Of a DNA stretch of 46,590 nucleotides, positions 31,547 through 43,283 are shown in pieces. The stretch is taken from NCBI GenBank assembly GCA_008690995.1, contig VRMN01000032.1:1-46590 (forward strand), written 5' to 3'. The position numbers and the translations under genes were made by a program. The notes beneath the pieces were generated by a model, which was given only the letters and a program-made list of their open reading frames with translations, searched no databases and was not told the origin of the DNA. This DNA comes from Porphyridium purpureum. Lineage: Eukaryota. The stretch's first letter is position 1; every line of letters starts with the position of its first letter.

Positions 31547-32410
31547 GACACCACAGACAAGCCGCAGCGAGCCGCACAGAATCCGACGTTGTTCTCGCCG
31601 CTTGCGAGCGTGTGAACCCGGCTTTCCAAAGACAGTGCAACATAGATTTCCCCGTCCACTCTGTGCGCAACCACCACGCGCACCGATAATGCCAAACGGT
31701 CTCAACCCCGTTTGCACTTGCTGCTTGATTTAAGCCGCGACGCAGGTGTCACGGGAGAAGCCGAAGCGATTCATGCTCTGCTCAGGGCACAGCGCTCTAC
31801 TCACCGTTCACACTGCGCGTAGCCAGAGACGCATGCCACCAAAACAACGGCATGCAAATCAGCCGCGCAACTCGGACACGCGCAACAGAAATCGCATTCT
31901 GCTAGTCCAAACAGTGCCCAAAACGGCCCCGCTCAGGGCAAAGCGCCAACGGCGCGTGTAGAAACGGTGGCCACCGAGCGGAAGCTGCCGCGGTGTATCG
32001 CAAAAACCGGGCACTTTAGTAGAAGCGCGCTCGCTCACGCAAGAACGCGCCAGGGGCGCGGGAGGGAATAAACGACGCGTGTCAGCCAGCGGCGAGGCGC
32101 GCGTTTCGACGTGATGCGGCTGCCCGCGCGGTTGCGTACCAGCGCGGCGCGGATTCGCGCGTGTAGAAAATCGGGGTGGGCTAGCGAGGTGGGGTACACT
32201 TGTGAGCGGTGGCGGGACAGCTCTTTCGCGGTGGCAGCAGAGTCCCGCATCACGCACAAGCCGCTTGCCGCGCAAAGGTCTTCGGTGGTCAGCCGGCAGA
32301 ACACTCGGTGCGGCATGGTTTGCTCCTTGGAAGCGGCTGTCCGAAAACTCAGACGCATGCGCCCAACGCTTTTTAAACGCCTTTCATATACACATGCCTG
32401 CAAACATAGT

Positions 32411-34050
32411 CTAGTCCTTTACGGACGCGTCGATGGATACTTTCAACAGCCGCCAGCGGTTGATCGCGGCCGCGAGCTCGATGGGGCGCGGCCGCGAGTA
32501 GTAGCCAATGCCTTTCCACCCGCTCGGAGCCACGGCGTCCAGACCCTTCGCGTCCAGCGCAGCCTCAACACGCGCAACCAGCTTCTTCATGCCTTGCACC
32601 GGCGCGGTCTGCTTGCTCACCATCTCCACATACTGCATGGCGTCCGCAATCAAGCGCGTCTGTCCCAATTCAACGAGCTGCTCGAGCGCGCGAAGGTTGA
32701 TCGCAAACTCCTCCGAGCCATACTGAATTCGCCCCATGTCACGCACATACACCTTGCTACCGCCGGCGGGTGCCAGCGAGCACAAGTCGATCTTCCTGTC
32801 CGAATCCAGCGAGGCAGACAGCCCCGCGTCACTGTCCAGCACGGCCGTGCTCACCTGGTGCGCGCCACCGCGACTTTGCGCACACGAAATGCTTTTCGCT
32901 TCGTCTGAAACGCCATAAGCTTTGTAGCAGTCCATCATGATCACGGTATCGGCAACATCAAAGAACGCACCGCAGCTGCCCACTACCCAAAGGCTCGAGA
33001 TCCCATGCGATTCGTACAGCACGCGGACACGTTCCAAAAAGGGCGTGATTGGCTCCTTGTGCTTACTTGCTAGCGTCGACATGACCTCATCTTGATACAT
33101 AAAGTTGTCGCGCCCGTGTCCTCGTCAAAGATAAGCAGGTTACATCCCATTGCCAGCGCTTAGGCGATATTCGCCGCTTAGCTCGTACTGCCAGATGCGT
33201 CGGCAATGAAAAAGTCACTTGTGGCACGCCCGAATGGCAGGTTTGAAATAAACGGCGAGATGTCGAGCGACGCCACCGCGCGACCATCTTCAGCGCGCAT
33301 TTTCGACGCAAAAGCCAGGCACGAGACAAACTCTCGCCCATCGCCGGGCACATGGTCATATACGCCTAGCTCAATCGCCTGCAACAGCGTCGACTTTCCG
33401 TGAAAGCCGCCTCCAACAATGAGATTCACTCCCTTTCGAATGCTCATGCCGGTCAGCGTCTTGCCGCTCGGCAGTGCCGCGCTGACGCGCAGCACGTCTG
33501 GCGAGGAAAACGGGAGCGCAGACGCTGAAGGCATCGGAAGCTCACTCGCACCATGCAGTCGCGGCAAGATGGCGACATCCGGAACGAAAGCCGCCATGCC
33601 AGCCGGTTCCAGCATGCCTCGCAGGGCGGCTTGATCTTCCGCACAGATCACATGCTCATGCGCGGCCAGCGCGCTGTACTGACGCTTGGTCTGATGGTCA
33701 TTCTCCTGCTCCAAGCTAAGCTACAAAAAGCTTTGCTGAACAAGGCGCAGAACAGTCTCGCTCAGGATCGTAAGCGCCTTTCTTCCTTCGATTGCACGAC
33801 CCGATGCGGGCAGGCCGAGCTCAAAGCGTGCCCCCGACGTCCACTCTGATAAATAATCGGCGCACACAAGCTACGGGGACGACCGCTCTAGAATACACGC
33901 GCCCGGATGCGCCATCCGCAGATCGCTACCCTTGGACGCCGCCCAGCCAGAACCGGACGCGCTTGGCGCTTGGCCATAGCTGGTAAAGCGTTGAGCTCGC
34001 TCTTCAAATTGATGCATTATTATACGTAGATATCCGCTGCCAGATGGCTA
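32411..34050 (-). pseudogene. Predicted ABC-class ATPase (PF09818-like) pseudogene
   Basis: GVNLIVGGGFHGKSTLLQAIELGVYDHVPGDGREFV, RAEDGR, DISPFISNLPFG, SGSTS*AANIA*AL..LIFDEDTGAT, KEPITPF, ELAAAINRWR; upstream ARFELGLPASGRAIEG. Stops at 33178-33180 and 33160-33162 and a frameshift near 33105. The 5' limit is approximate. Confidence 0.85.
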
Positions 34051-34371
34051 GAGGAAAAGATTCTGCGCCTGTCTACGATATAAGTGCACGAGGCGAGACA
34101 TCCTCGCTTTAAAGTCACGCAAGTTTTATATTTTACCAGCAGGAAAAAAAAAAAAAAGGACGAAAAAACACGACACTAGACGTCAGCAAGACAAAAGCAC
34201 TTGGACATCCCATTTCGGCTCATCTCAGAGCGCGGGTGCGGAGTACCGAACCGGGACTGCATAATGAAGTGCTGCAAAGAACACACACAGTTTCAAGCTC
34301 CAAAAATCTCATACTTCTTATAAACCAAACCATGCTGGACAGCGACTGGATGGCTCTGCAAACCATCCCGC

Positions 34372-37300
34372 CTAGAGCACCGTCATCAGGGTGAACGCAA
34401 TGTAGTCTTCGTAAGTGACGTTTGCTTGCGAGACACAAATGGTTGGGGCACGCACCATCATGCCGCCGCGATCATATGAGTACTGACCGATATACTCGTG
34501 CAGCACGGCGAACTCGGCGGGGAAGAGCTTGACGCGCAAATACGTCCGTCCACCTTCTCCAATCAACTGAAGTGCATCCGGCCAGCTGATGCCTTCGTAC
34601 GGTAGCGCGTCCCACCGACCCACTCCATCTCCAAGACCCGCCACGCCCAAATCAACATTGCCATCCACGTTCAAAAAGTCCACACTCAATGCCTGCTGCT
34701 CCTGCTCCGCCGACGTTAGTCCTTCGAACGTAAAGTTGCATGTCATGCTCGGTTCGTTCAAAACCGCATCATACACACCTTCGAGGCGGAAGATCTGCAG
34801 GCTCGGCTTGCCCTTCTTGATTTTTTCTACCGTAAACGTTGGCAGGAGCGAGGTTGCATCGTAGAAAGCTTGCGGGTACCTTTGGTGCACATCACTCGCC
34901 TTAGGTGCCTTGGCGCTGATCACATCACGACGGAACTCGAACCGGAACGCTTCAATGCGCTGCACCGCCTGATTTGCGTTACACACGCGATCAGCCACTT
35001 CAAACGCCCGGTAAAATCCAATCGGACAAGGCGGCTGCATACGATCTTCATCATTGTACGTGAGCAAGGATGCCGTGACCTCCAAAGGATCGCAGTTGTC
35101 TTCCGCCATCGGCAGCCCGAGCGACGCGGTGCTTATATCAGCTCGACACGACACAATTTGAATTTTCGGTACGCTCACCCACTCAGGCTCATCGTAGTCT
35201 GTGCGAACCACAAGCTGATTTGTCGTATCTGTTTGGTCGCACTCATCCTCGATGGTGTACAAGCGCGGTACGTTCCAACCCTTGATCCCTTGTCCAGAGC
35301 AAACAAATCGAATATCCGAGTCGGAATATGACACACTTAGATCATCCGAGCATGGTGCGTTCACCGAATTGAGGTCAAATATTGTCGCCGGCGCATTGTA
35401 CCCATCAGCCACTGGCTCTTCACAAGCAAACATTTGTGGAGCGATACGTTCTGGTGCAGACACTCCCACGGCTTTCTTGGTGATAATCATTTGCACCGGG
35501 TCCGCTACCTGCCCGCACGCATCCGTGTACCTGAATGTGCGCCTGATCTTCTCTTCTCCGCAGCCATCATCTTCGAGGAGTTCATCTGTGGCACCGATCG
35601 GATTGCCGCCTTGGCATTCCACATCAACCACAGCCACGCGCGTTGTCACTCGCGCAAGCGAACTGGTACACGGCACCTCGATATCTCGCGGTCGCTCCAG
35701 AACAGGCTGCACTTTCTCCCGCGGTTCTTCCAACGGCGGAACTGGGTTGTAAAACTCCCCGCTGAATTTGGCCGCCGCCTCCATGTTGGTTTTGGTCACG
35801 ATGCGCTCTTCCGAAGCCCGCAGCGTTGCATCATTTGTCGCGTCCACTATGTCTGTTCGTGAGAAAGAAACTTCGACAAGCTCGGTCCTGGAAATAAATC
35901 TGACCGTCTTGCACTCCACTTGCACTGTAATCTGATTGTTGGCACCGACTTTTGCACTTGTGTACTCACAATCTGTGTTTTCCTCGATAATCTTTAGCTT
36001 TTCTTCTGGAGACAGACCGAAAAATTCCAAGTCCTTGGCCGCCGTCGCTTCGAAACTTGCCAAATTCAACTGGGCGTCCTTCATTTGCTCGTACATGTCT
36101 TCCGCGTTCTTGTATTTTAGTGCATGGTCTTCACCGCATGCGGGATCCTTATCAATCCGAATCACCTCCTTGCACGGTTTCCCCCTATAAAGGCAAGACA
36201 GTCCTCCGCTTAAAATGGCCAGGAACTTGTCGCACGTATCAACATACTCATACACTTCCCATTGTCGACATCCAAACTCATCCCGTCCAATCTCCACGGG
36301 AGGGGAGAGTATTTCGCGAGAACTCGGGATCAAATTCTTTACCCACTCACAACCCGTCTTGAGGACTGACTTGAACTTGTCTGCAAAGTATGCTTCGAGA
36401 TTCTCAGGATTCACCTCAAAGAGTTGCTTCCACAGGCTCTCAAAGTTGTCGAGATTGCATTGCGGCTGACGTAATTCAAAAAAGGATTCCACAAGCTCCA
36501 CTGAACACTCAGCAATTTCACCGATTGCGCCTACAAAGGCCTCCGCACCTTTCCGGAAGGACTCCTCTCTGTCAGCAAGATAATTAAAAAGGTTGTCCTT
36601 CTCCTCCTTCACTGATTCGCCAGCCCGATCCACGGCATCGACGATTTCTTCTGGCACAAGCTTCTTCAAAGGAATATTCGGCATATTGATCTGCCAGTTC
36701 CAAGCCGTCCACGGATCAGTCAATTGACCATCCACAGATATTTCAGCTGTGGCAGGCAAGCCCAGAACGATGACGGCGAGGTCAACCGAACCGCTCACAC
36801 GGCCACTCTGAGCACCGAAGCCCAACTCCAGAACCCCCGCCACGCTCGCCAGGCTGGCAACCGTTATGCGCGCCGCAATGCGCGTCAAAAAGTCACCACC
36901 AAATCCAATTGCATAGAAGAAACCGCAACTTTCCACCTTCAAAGATAAAAGTGATAGCGCTTTCAGGTCAAGGCATGTGTCAGTAGTGCCAACGCTGAAC
37001 AAGATTGCGCCTGTTGAGCCAAATGCCGCCGCAATCTTCTGCTTGAACGGATCATCGTAACCTTCTAACGCAGGCGAAGTGCCACACCCACTCAAATCGC
37101 TTGAGGTACGCAACTGGATCTCGTCCGGATTGAGAATTTCCAATAAGATATTACCATTAATGTCGAGCGCATTGAATATCTTGCACGTGAGCGACAGTCT
37201 CCACGAAAACGCCCTCAGGTTCCTATCGTCCCAAAGCACGGCAAAATCTTGCGTGACTGCCAGCGTCTGGTCTCCCAGCATGTCTTTAAGCACGCCTCCG

Positions 37301-38547
37301 GAGCCGCCCATCTTGAAATTAAACCCTCCAGAATCCAATGTTGCAAACACGCCCCGCGGGCTGCACTCATCTTGTGCTGGCTCAGTGTGCCGCAAGAAAA
37401 TGCCGCTCTTTGGACTGGGCAGCTCGAACTTGTACACTTCATCTCCACCACGGTACGTGGTGATGGTCATGCTTGTTCCTTCCACGGTTTCCGCCAAAAG
37501 ACTCTCACGGTCCAAAGCCAATTCGACCATTAATTCCGCACCAACCGTAAAACCCGACTGCCTGTCGTCGAAGAACTCTAAACCGCCTAGGATGCGTCCA
37601 CGAATCCAAAAATTGACGTTCGGAAGCAAAACCACGAAATTGGAGCGTCCTGACCAGTACCTTGTTTCCGACTCTTGTCCAAAGCGGCCTTTAAACGAGT
37701 ACGCGATTCCGAGCGGCTTGAAGGTGAGGAAAGGCGGAAAAAGTGGGATCGTCAAAATCTGTGCAATTTTGCCTTGTCGATCAATGTGTAACGCGAAGCC
37801 GTCATCCCATCCACCGCACACCGACGTTGCAATACAGACGCGCTCTCCCGCGAATTCGGTTGCTTCGCCAGGAATAACCTCGCCCACGCTTCCCCCACTG
37901 CTCTGCGCGTCCACGAGATTGCGCACGACTGGCGGAAGTTTTTCGAGCACTGGGAAATCCAGCTGCAGCTCATTGGTAAATGTCAGGTCAGCAAAGTAAT
38001 ACACTTCGTCGTCATCCAGTGGAAGCTTGTCGCAATTTGACGCACCGTCACCCCTCGCTCGCAGCTCGCGGCCGAGAAGTACATCCTCTGGGCCTTGCAA
38101 CAAGTCCGTCGTAATATCCACGAGACCTAGATCTTTCACTCGAGCCAAGAATGGCACTTGCTGCTCAAGGAACGCTTCAAGTACCATCAAAAAGCCCTCG
38201 CACTGGTTAGTGCCCGAGACGCCCACATCCGCCTTCACGGTCATCGCGCATCCCGCGGGATAGTCGACCTGCACGAGCCCGGGCACCTGCACGCGCGTCA
38301 CGGCCGAGCTCGCACACCCGCCGGCCGACGGTGCCCAGCCCGTGGAGCTCGAAAACACCACATCCTTATCATTGCACTGCGGCGCGTTCCTCCGGAGCTC
38401 ATTTGTCGAAGAACACTCTTCCGCCCTCTGCACGCCCAGAATACTGCGGTCAATGGCTACCGATGGAACTGCTGCCACGCACGTCGCACCCACCACAAAC
38501 AGCAACGCCAGCCAAGCCACATACATCCTTCCTTTAGTGCCCACCAT
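34372..38547 (-). CDS. Large secreted or surface protein (1391 aa) with signal peptide, beta-rich N-terminal half, coiled coil and C-terminal Cys-containing HYR-like repeats
   Basis: Signal peptide MYVAWLALLFVVGATCVAA. Three repeats of the type IRRTFRYTDACGQ..QMIIT / RLYTIEDECDQ..NQLVV / AEDNCDP..YRAFEVADRVCNANQAVQRI. Uninterrupted ORF. Confidence 0.8.
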   Translation of the reverse strand: MVGTKGRMYVAWLALLFVVGATCVAAVPSVAIDRSILGVQRAEECSSTNELRRNAPQCNDKDVVFSSSTGWAPSAGGCASSAVTRVQVPGLVQVDYPAGCAMTVKADVGVSGTNQCEGFLMVLEAFLEQQVPFLARVKDLGLVDITTDLLQGPEDVLLGRELRARGDGASNCDKLPLDDDEVYYFADLTFTNELQLDFPVLEKLPPVVRNLVDAQSSGGSVGEVIPGEATEFAGERVCIATSVCGGWDDGFALHIDRQGKIAQILTIPLFPPFLTFKPLGIAYSFKGRFGQESETRYWSGRSNFVVLLPNVNFWIRGRILGGLEFFDDRQSGFTVGAELMVELALDRESLLAETVEGTSMTITTYRGGDEVYKFELPSPKSGIFLRHTEPAQDECSPRGVFATLDSGGFNFKMGGSGGVLKDMLGDQTLAVTQDFAVLWDDRNLRAFSWRLSLTCKIFNALDINGNILLEILNPDEIQLRTSSDLSGCGTSPALEGYDDPFKQKIAAAFGSTGAILFSVGTTDTCLDLKALSLLSLKVESCGFFYAIGFGGDFLTRIAARITVASLASVAGVLELGFGAQSGRVSGSVDLAVIVLGLPATAEISVDGQLTDPWTAWNWQINMPNIPLKKLVPEEIVDAVDRAGESVKEEKDNLFNYLADREESFRKGAEAFVGAIGEIAECSVELVESFFELRQPQCNLDNFESLWKQLFEVNPENLEAYFADKFKSVLKTGCEWVKNLIPSSREILSPPVEIGRDEFGCRQWEVYEYVDTCDKFLAILSGGLSCLYRGKPCKEVIRIDKDPACGEDHALKYKNAEDMYEQMKDAQLNLASFEATAAKDLEFFGLSPEEKLKIIEENTDCEYTSAKVGANNQITVQVECKTVRFISRTELVEVSFSRTDIVDATNDATLRASEERIVTKTNMEAAAKFSGEFYNPVPPLEEPREKVQPVLERPRDIEVPCTSSLARVTTRVAVVDVECQGGNPIGATDELLEDDGCGEEKIRRTFRYTDACGQVADPVQMIITKKAVGVSAPERIAPQMFACEEPVADGYNAPATIFDLNSVNAPCSDDLSVSYSDSDIRFVCSGQGIKGWNVPRLYTIEDECDQTDTTNQLVVRTDYDEPEWVSVPKIQIVSCRADISTASLGLPMAEDNCDPLEVTASLLTYNDEDRMQPPCPIGFYRAFEVADRVCNANQAVQRIEAFRFEFRRDVISAKAPKASDVHQRYPQAFYDATSLLPTFTVEKIKKGKPSLQIFRLEGVYDAVLNEPSMTCNFTFEGLTSAEQEQQALSVDFLNVDGNVDLGVAGLGDGVGRWDALPYEGISWPDALQLIGEGGRTYLRVKLFPAEFAVLHEYIGQYSYDRGGMMVRAPTICVSQANVTYEDYIAFTLMTVL

Positions 38548-40061
38548 CCTCTGCGGCGATCTGCTCTCCCCCTCTTTCTACCCACCTATGCCATGCACCA
38601 GCAATTAGACGTGAACACGCCGACGCGGCCGGCGAGGACTTTATATATTCATCGCTGCCTTGATTTGGATATGTGCGCGTCCCGATGTGTCCGTCAATGC
38701 GGATGCAAGATAGCCCACGCAGACAGAATCACAGTTCTGTGCCACGAGAGATACCTCACAAATCCACGGCTTGCGTGACAGGCGACACGCTGTCCGGAAA
38801 AACAGCTGCGCGTCTCACTAGTCACTTGCTCATTCCTGATATGTAATCGAAAGCAAATTTTATTCCCTCCTGCGTTTTTCTCTCTTCCAAAGCAGGTCGC
38901 AACGGCGCGCTTTCTGCACGCGCGCAAAGTGCCTATTCTTCGCGGCGCCACGAGTTTCGAGGGGACTTCGTCTGAAATTTATCACAGCAGCGCCGTTTCG
39001 CGATTTTCGGGCAGCGAGGTACAGCGCGTCGCCAGTGCGCGCGTGAAATGAGCAAGCACGGGTGTAGTTGAACGGCGTCGTTTTGATAGGTTGCGAGCGG
39101 CCGTGTGAATTGAAGAAAGAAGTACAGTGAATCCGTTAAAACTTGTTGGGGTCTGAACTGAGCGAGCGTCTCGCCGCGGGAGAATTGCAGCGGTCCGTAC
39201 TCAAGAAGCGAAAGCTTGGGGAAGAATGTTCTGAGTCACTGATGGGTGACCGGGGCTGATTCCCGCAGCTCAGGGAAGAGAACAGACCGTAAATTGGAAG
39301 ACCTCTGAGGGGGGTTATATAAGTGTAGGACTAGTGAGGCTGGTTCTTTTTTTGACTCCTTTTTTGGGTAGGAGCGTCGATGTAGGGAGAAGATAAAGTC
39401 ACTTTTTCTGGAACCTTGCGGTGTCGGCGCTGCTCGTTGGTTGGTGTTGTGACTGCTCGGGAGGAGCTAGAAGGCGGTGGGTATCGCTAGGGGTGACTCG
39501 TTTGGTTCACGCGTGCCCATCGAGTAAGTCACCAGCGTCTTACATTCCGCGGTAACAAACTTCACACTTCAATTGCAGAACGATGTACCTCAGATGTTAA
39601 TTAATGCGTGGGCTCGCGTAGTTTAACACTGCGCAGATCTCTGCAGCGCACAGCTTTGGTGCCTTGAATTGGGGAGCGTGTGCTTGGCGCGCTTGGGCTG
39701 TCGTGGTGCTGTGGCTGCATATCTCTGGATGCTCACGCGGGTGCTAGGTATACGTCCGCTTTCGGTGTCACAGCGACCCTGAAATCTGTGTTGCGGACTG
39801 GCGGTAATTCCCCTCGACGCATCCGTGCAGCTGGAGCTCCCGAACGCAAAAAACGGCTTGCTGGGTCGCGCTTGACACGCTGCCACAGCGCCCGTGTTTA
39901 TGACTTCACAATTATCGTTCTGCGAGTCTGTCACTGGTCGTGATGCCGAGAGGAGATCTGGGTGTCGCGCGAGTGATTCGAAAGGTGCCAAACAAACGCC
40001 GCCAATCCGCTAGCTTCTCAGAGCGCAAGCGGAGCACACCAGAGGGCTCCTCAATCTGCGC

Positions 40062-40707
40062 ATGCTATCGTACAACGTGGCTGGGTTCCAGCGGTCTGCA
40101 CAAGCACCACCGGGATGGAACGCTGCTGACTCTAATGCACACCTTGCTGGACTCATACATGCGCATCCGGCAGACTCCGTACACATGCAAAAGGTTCCGG
40201 ATGGCGGGGCTCAATTCCATGTGGACAAGCATCGCGCAGGAGACGCATCAGTTGTTAGTCATCATGCGCACAATGTGACATGTATTCGAATGGAGTCCGA
40301 AGAGGCTCTCGTTGGGCCGTCCGATCAGTTCGTCAAGCTGCAGCTTCCAGAGCAAGCAGGCTTCGAATATGGGTTTGGGCTTGCGTTGCAATTGAATCTA
40401 GAGGAGCGTGTACTTCTTGTAAACGTGCGCTTGGAACCTTTCAAGGAGGGTTGCAATTACGCAACACGAAGAGCTGTCACTGATGAGCCCGCTGCTGGGA
40501 CACAAGGCAGCGAATTATATCTTAGGGGATACGAACACGCAGGAGCCTGTAGCTCAAGCTCTTAAACAAGGCGCCCTCGAACGAAACTCCGATTACAGTT
40601 CTTCAGATCATGCCCGACGTGCCGTCTCTTTCACCGCGATCTGCCCGCAAGAAGATGCCTCGGGAGTCACGTCGTCGTACGCCTCACCTGCCGGCCGCAC
40701 AATGTAA
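40062..40707 (+). pseudogene. Degenerate endonuclease/exonuclease/phosphatase (EEP, TDP2-like) gene
   Basis: EEP motifs in the expected order: LSYNVAG, PADSVHMQKV (D..xQE), LLVNVRLEP, then in the next frame YILGDTN and SSDH. Key residues are degraded and there is a frameshift near 40480. Confidence 0.55.
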
Positions 40708-41686
40708 GCCGCGAGAACCGCACTCTCTTCACCCACCTAGGTGCCCATAACGACATGTGCGCTTCTCAATAGCGTCTGTAAAGGTGACGCTCTTGCCGTC
40801 TCCAGTGCTACCGTAGCGCCGTCCTTTTTCAGATGCCGGTGTGCTTCCTGCCACGTCGGCAAACTCATTCTCTTCACCAGTCACGGCTTTAGGCGGAGCC
40901 GACCAGAAGCCCGTGAAAGAGGCTCGATTCAGAAGTCAAGGTAGCGGCAGCAGTCGGTATGTCAGGAGCGACGACAGTACCGACTGACTCTGATTCAACT
41001 GCCACTTTCGGCGCCCTGGCCGGGTCACATGGAAGAATAGGGAGTCACTTCGACAGAAAGCAGCGGTTCGCCTTCCTAGCTCACCGAGCCGCCCTCCTTT
41101 TTCAACGTCAGTCAGAATCACTTCATCGACCTCAGGCTCATAAGCACGCAGGACGGTTCCAATGCCGCCCATCTTTCCACATTCCGTGGATCGGCCGTCC
41201 GGAGAGTCATCCAAGGATTACTCCGTATCAACCTCCGCAGCTTCGAGAAAAACGCAAATGGGAACACCCGCAAATTGCTGCACCCACGCGGCACAGGTTT
41301 CATCTTGCACGCTTCCGTGCGCCCCGGATGCGCCACATCTGGGTTGCTGTCCTTGTTGTCTGTCGCATCTCGCTCCCCGGTCTCTGTAGCTATTTCCGGA
41401 AGCGCACGAGCCGACGACATTGAACTCCCACACGACTCCTCACCTACGCCTTCCTCGCGTTGCTTTCTGTTGAAAGTGGCTCGTCGTTCGCGCAATTCGC
41501 CACTCGGCCTCCGTGCCCGGCGCACCGCGCAGGCTCTCTGCCTTCGCCGGAGATTCCCTCAAGTAAACGAATGGAGCACCGTTTACTTCTATACCTTCAG
41601 CCAAAAGCCTCTGCCTCTATCTCTCTTGCTTTTCGCGTCTTCCGTGCGCCCCACTCGCCCCTTTATGCTCATCGTCTTTACGGGAC

Positions 41687-41782
41687 ACCGTGCAATCCGA
41701 AACCGTGCAATCCGAAACCGTGTAATCCGAAACCGTGTAATCCGAAACCGTGTAATCTGAAACCGTGTAATCCGAAACCGTG
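41687..41782. repeat. Minisatellite, ~6.4 x 15 bp (accgtg(c/t)aatccgaa)
   Basis: Units read directly with 1-2 substitutions. Confidence 0.95.
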
Positions 41783-43283
41783 CCACCTGCAACTGTGCCT
41801 CTTGAGTTGGAGTGGGTTGTCGAATTCCGACACAAGCTGGTATCTGAGCGCATCGAGCGATTTTCGGCGCAGATGCGCCGACCGCTCCGGGCTTACTAGA
41901 TGACGGGACGCAGCTGCACGAAGCGTGCGTGCACAACGTTGACCGAGCCCCAACGCCCGCCGCATGCGCGCACACCTGTACGTGAATGGTCGTGGCGCAA
42001 ATCACACTGCAGCGCTTTCTAAAGATGCCGCTGCTGCGTGATTGCGAAACGGTGCCTTTCCACTATACTCGTTCGAGCCCATACGCGAGGATGGCCATGC
42101 AATGCATCACCACCCATTTCTACGCGCGCCCGCGTTTCTGCTCGCCACGCGGTGCATGCTGAAACAGGCCAATTTATTTGCGGGAAAGCGGCGCTGCACG
42201 GACTGGAGCGGCGTACATCAGGCTGGTCGCGAGGCTGGCCACGTTGCGAAGCGCGAGGCGGAGTAGGGCTCAGGGCAATGACCATGTAGGCTGCTGTTGC
42301 TCGGGCCGTGCCATTCTCATGCGCAGTAGTTCAGAGGGCGATGCCGAGCGCGTCAAAATATACAAAAGTCGGCGAGCACCACGTGCCTGCGCTTGCGCGC
42401 CGTGGAAACCTTACCGCTGTTCGCAACGCTGCTTGCTTCTCTACATCTCGTCTGAAACGGCCTCGCAACAGAGCTTCCCGGCCCTATGCACAGAACAAGG
42501 TTTTGGCAAACTTTCCATTTCGCACGCGCACACACCCTCCGATACATGTAATCTGCATATGTAACCCTCGCTACAATCACAGCATCGACCAAACGCGAAT
42601 TCCGTCAACGTCCTGCGTCTGGTACGTACATCTTTTTCGGCCATGCACGCCTCTCGAACTGGTAACTGCGCAGGTGTATTCAACTCAGCAACGATCATGT
42701 CAAGCATGTCGCTCTGTCCGGCCTTGTCCGCATTCGCCTCCTCCGCGCTCGCCTTGATATTACGCATCGAAGAATTCGTGCAGCCCTGCGTAAGCTGTCA
42801 AAAGACCGAAACATGATCGGATCCAGTGGATCTCTTGTGCTCGACTCATACGACGCGCACCTGTGCGGCGAGAGACGATTTTACTGCTTGTCCTACATAT
42901 TCGTACGACAACGTCCTGGTGCTCTGTAGTCAAAGCGTTTAGAGCCGCTGTCAACACACTCACCGCGACCACATCGATGCTTTCCAGTAGAACAAGGTCA
43001 TCGCAGCGCATGTGCAAACAGGCTAATTTGCTTCGTCTCGCACAACAAGCTTGGCCTTCCAGACTCGCCGAGGTCTCGCTTCAGTGCAGGTGCGTCACAA
43101 TCGAAGGACGCCGGTAAATGAGGAACACAAGCAGGACTCTGTCCTGCAAACACGCATGTGCGTGACAGCAGATGGGCCACATCCGCTAATCGGATGTCGA
43201 AACAAAACGGCAGACTTCGGTCTGGACATCCCTTCGATCTTCACATTTACGATAAACACGCGAAAGTGGTCGCGTCTTTACAT

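Noticed and set aside
34142..34168. A-run as a retrocopy poly(A) tail
   Set aside because: It lies in the intergenic gap, no TSD is visible, and its orientation does not match the flanking minus-strand genes.
39180..39420. Possible snoRNA or Pol III gene (TATA-like box, T-runs)
   Set aside because: No proper C/D or H/ACA boxes and no A/B boxes could be identified.
16596..41782. Short tandem repeats (26 bp, 22 bp, 15 bp) and the 111-bp units as CRISPR arrays
   Set aside because: The units are contiguous with no unique spacers, there are no cas genes, and the 111-bp units encode Sel1 repeats.
41275..42005. ORFs with pentapeptide repeats (PKPCN, RFRIT, VSDYT, HGFGL)
   Set aside because: These are translations of the 15-bp minisatellite in several frames; no frame is supported as coding.
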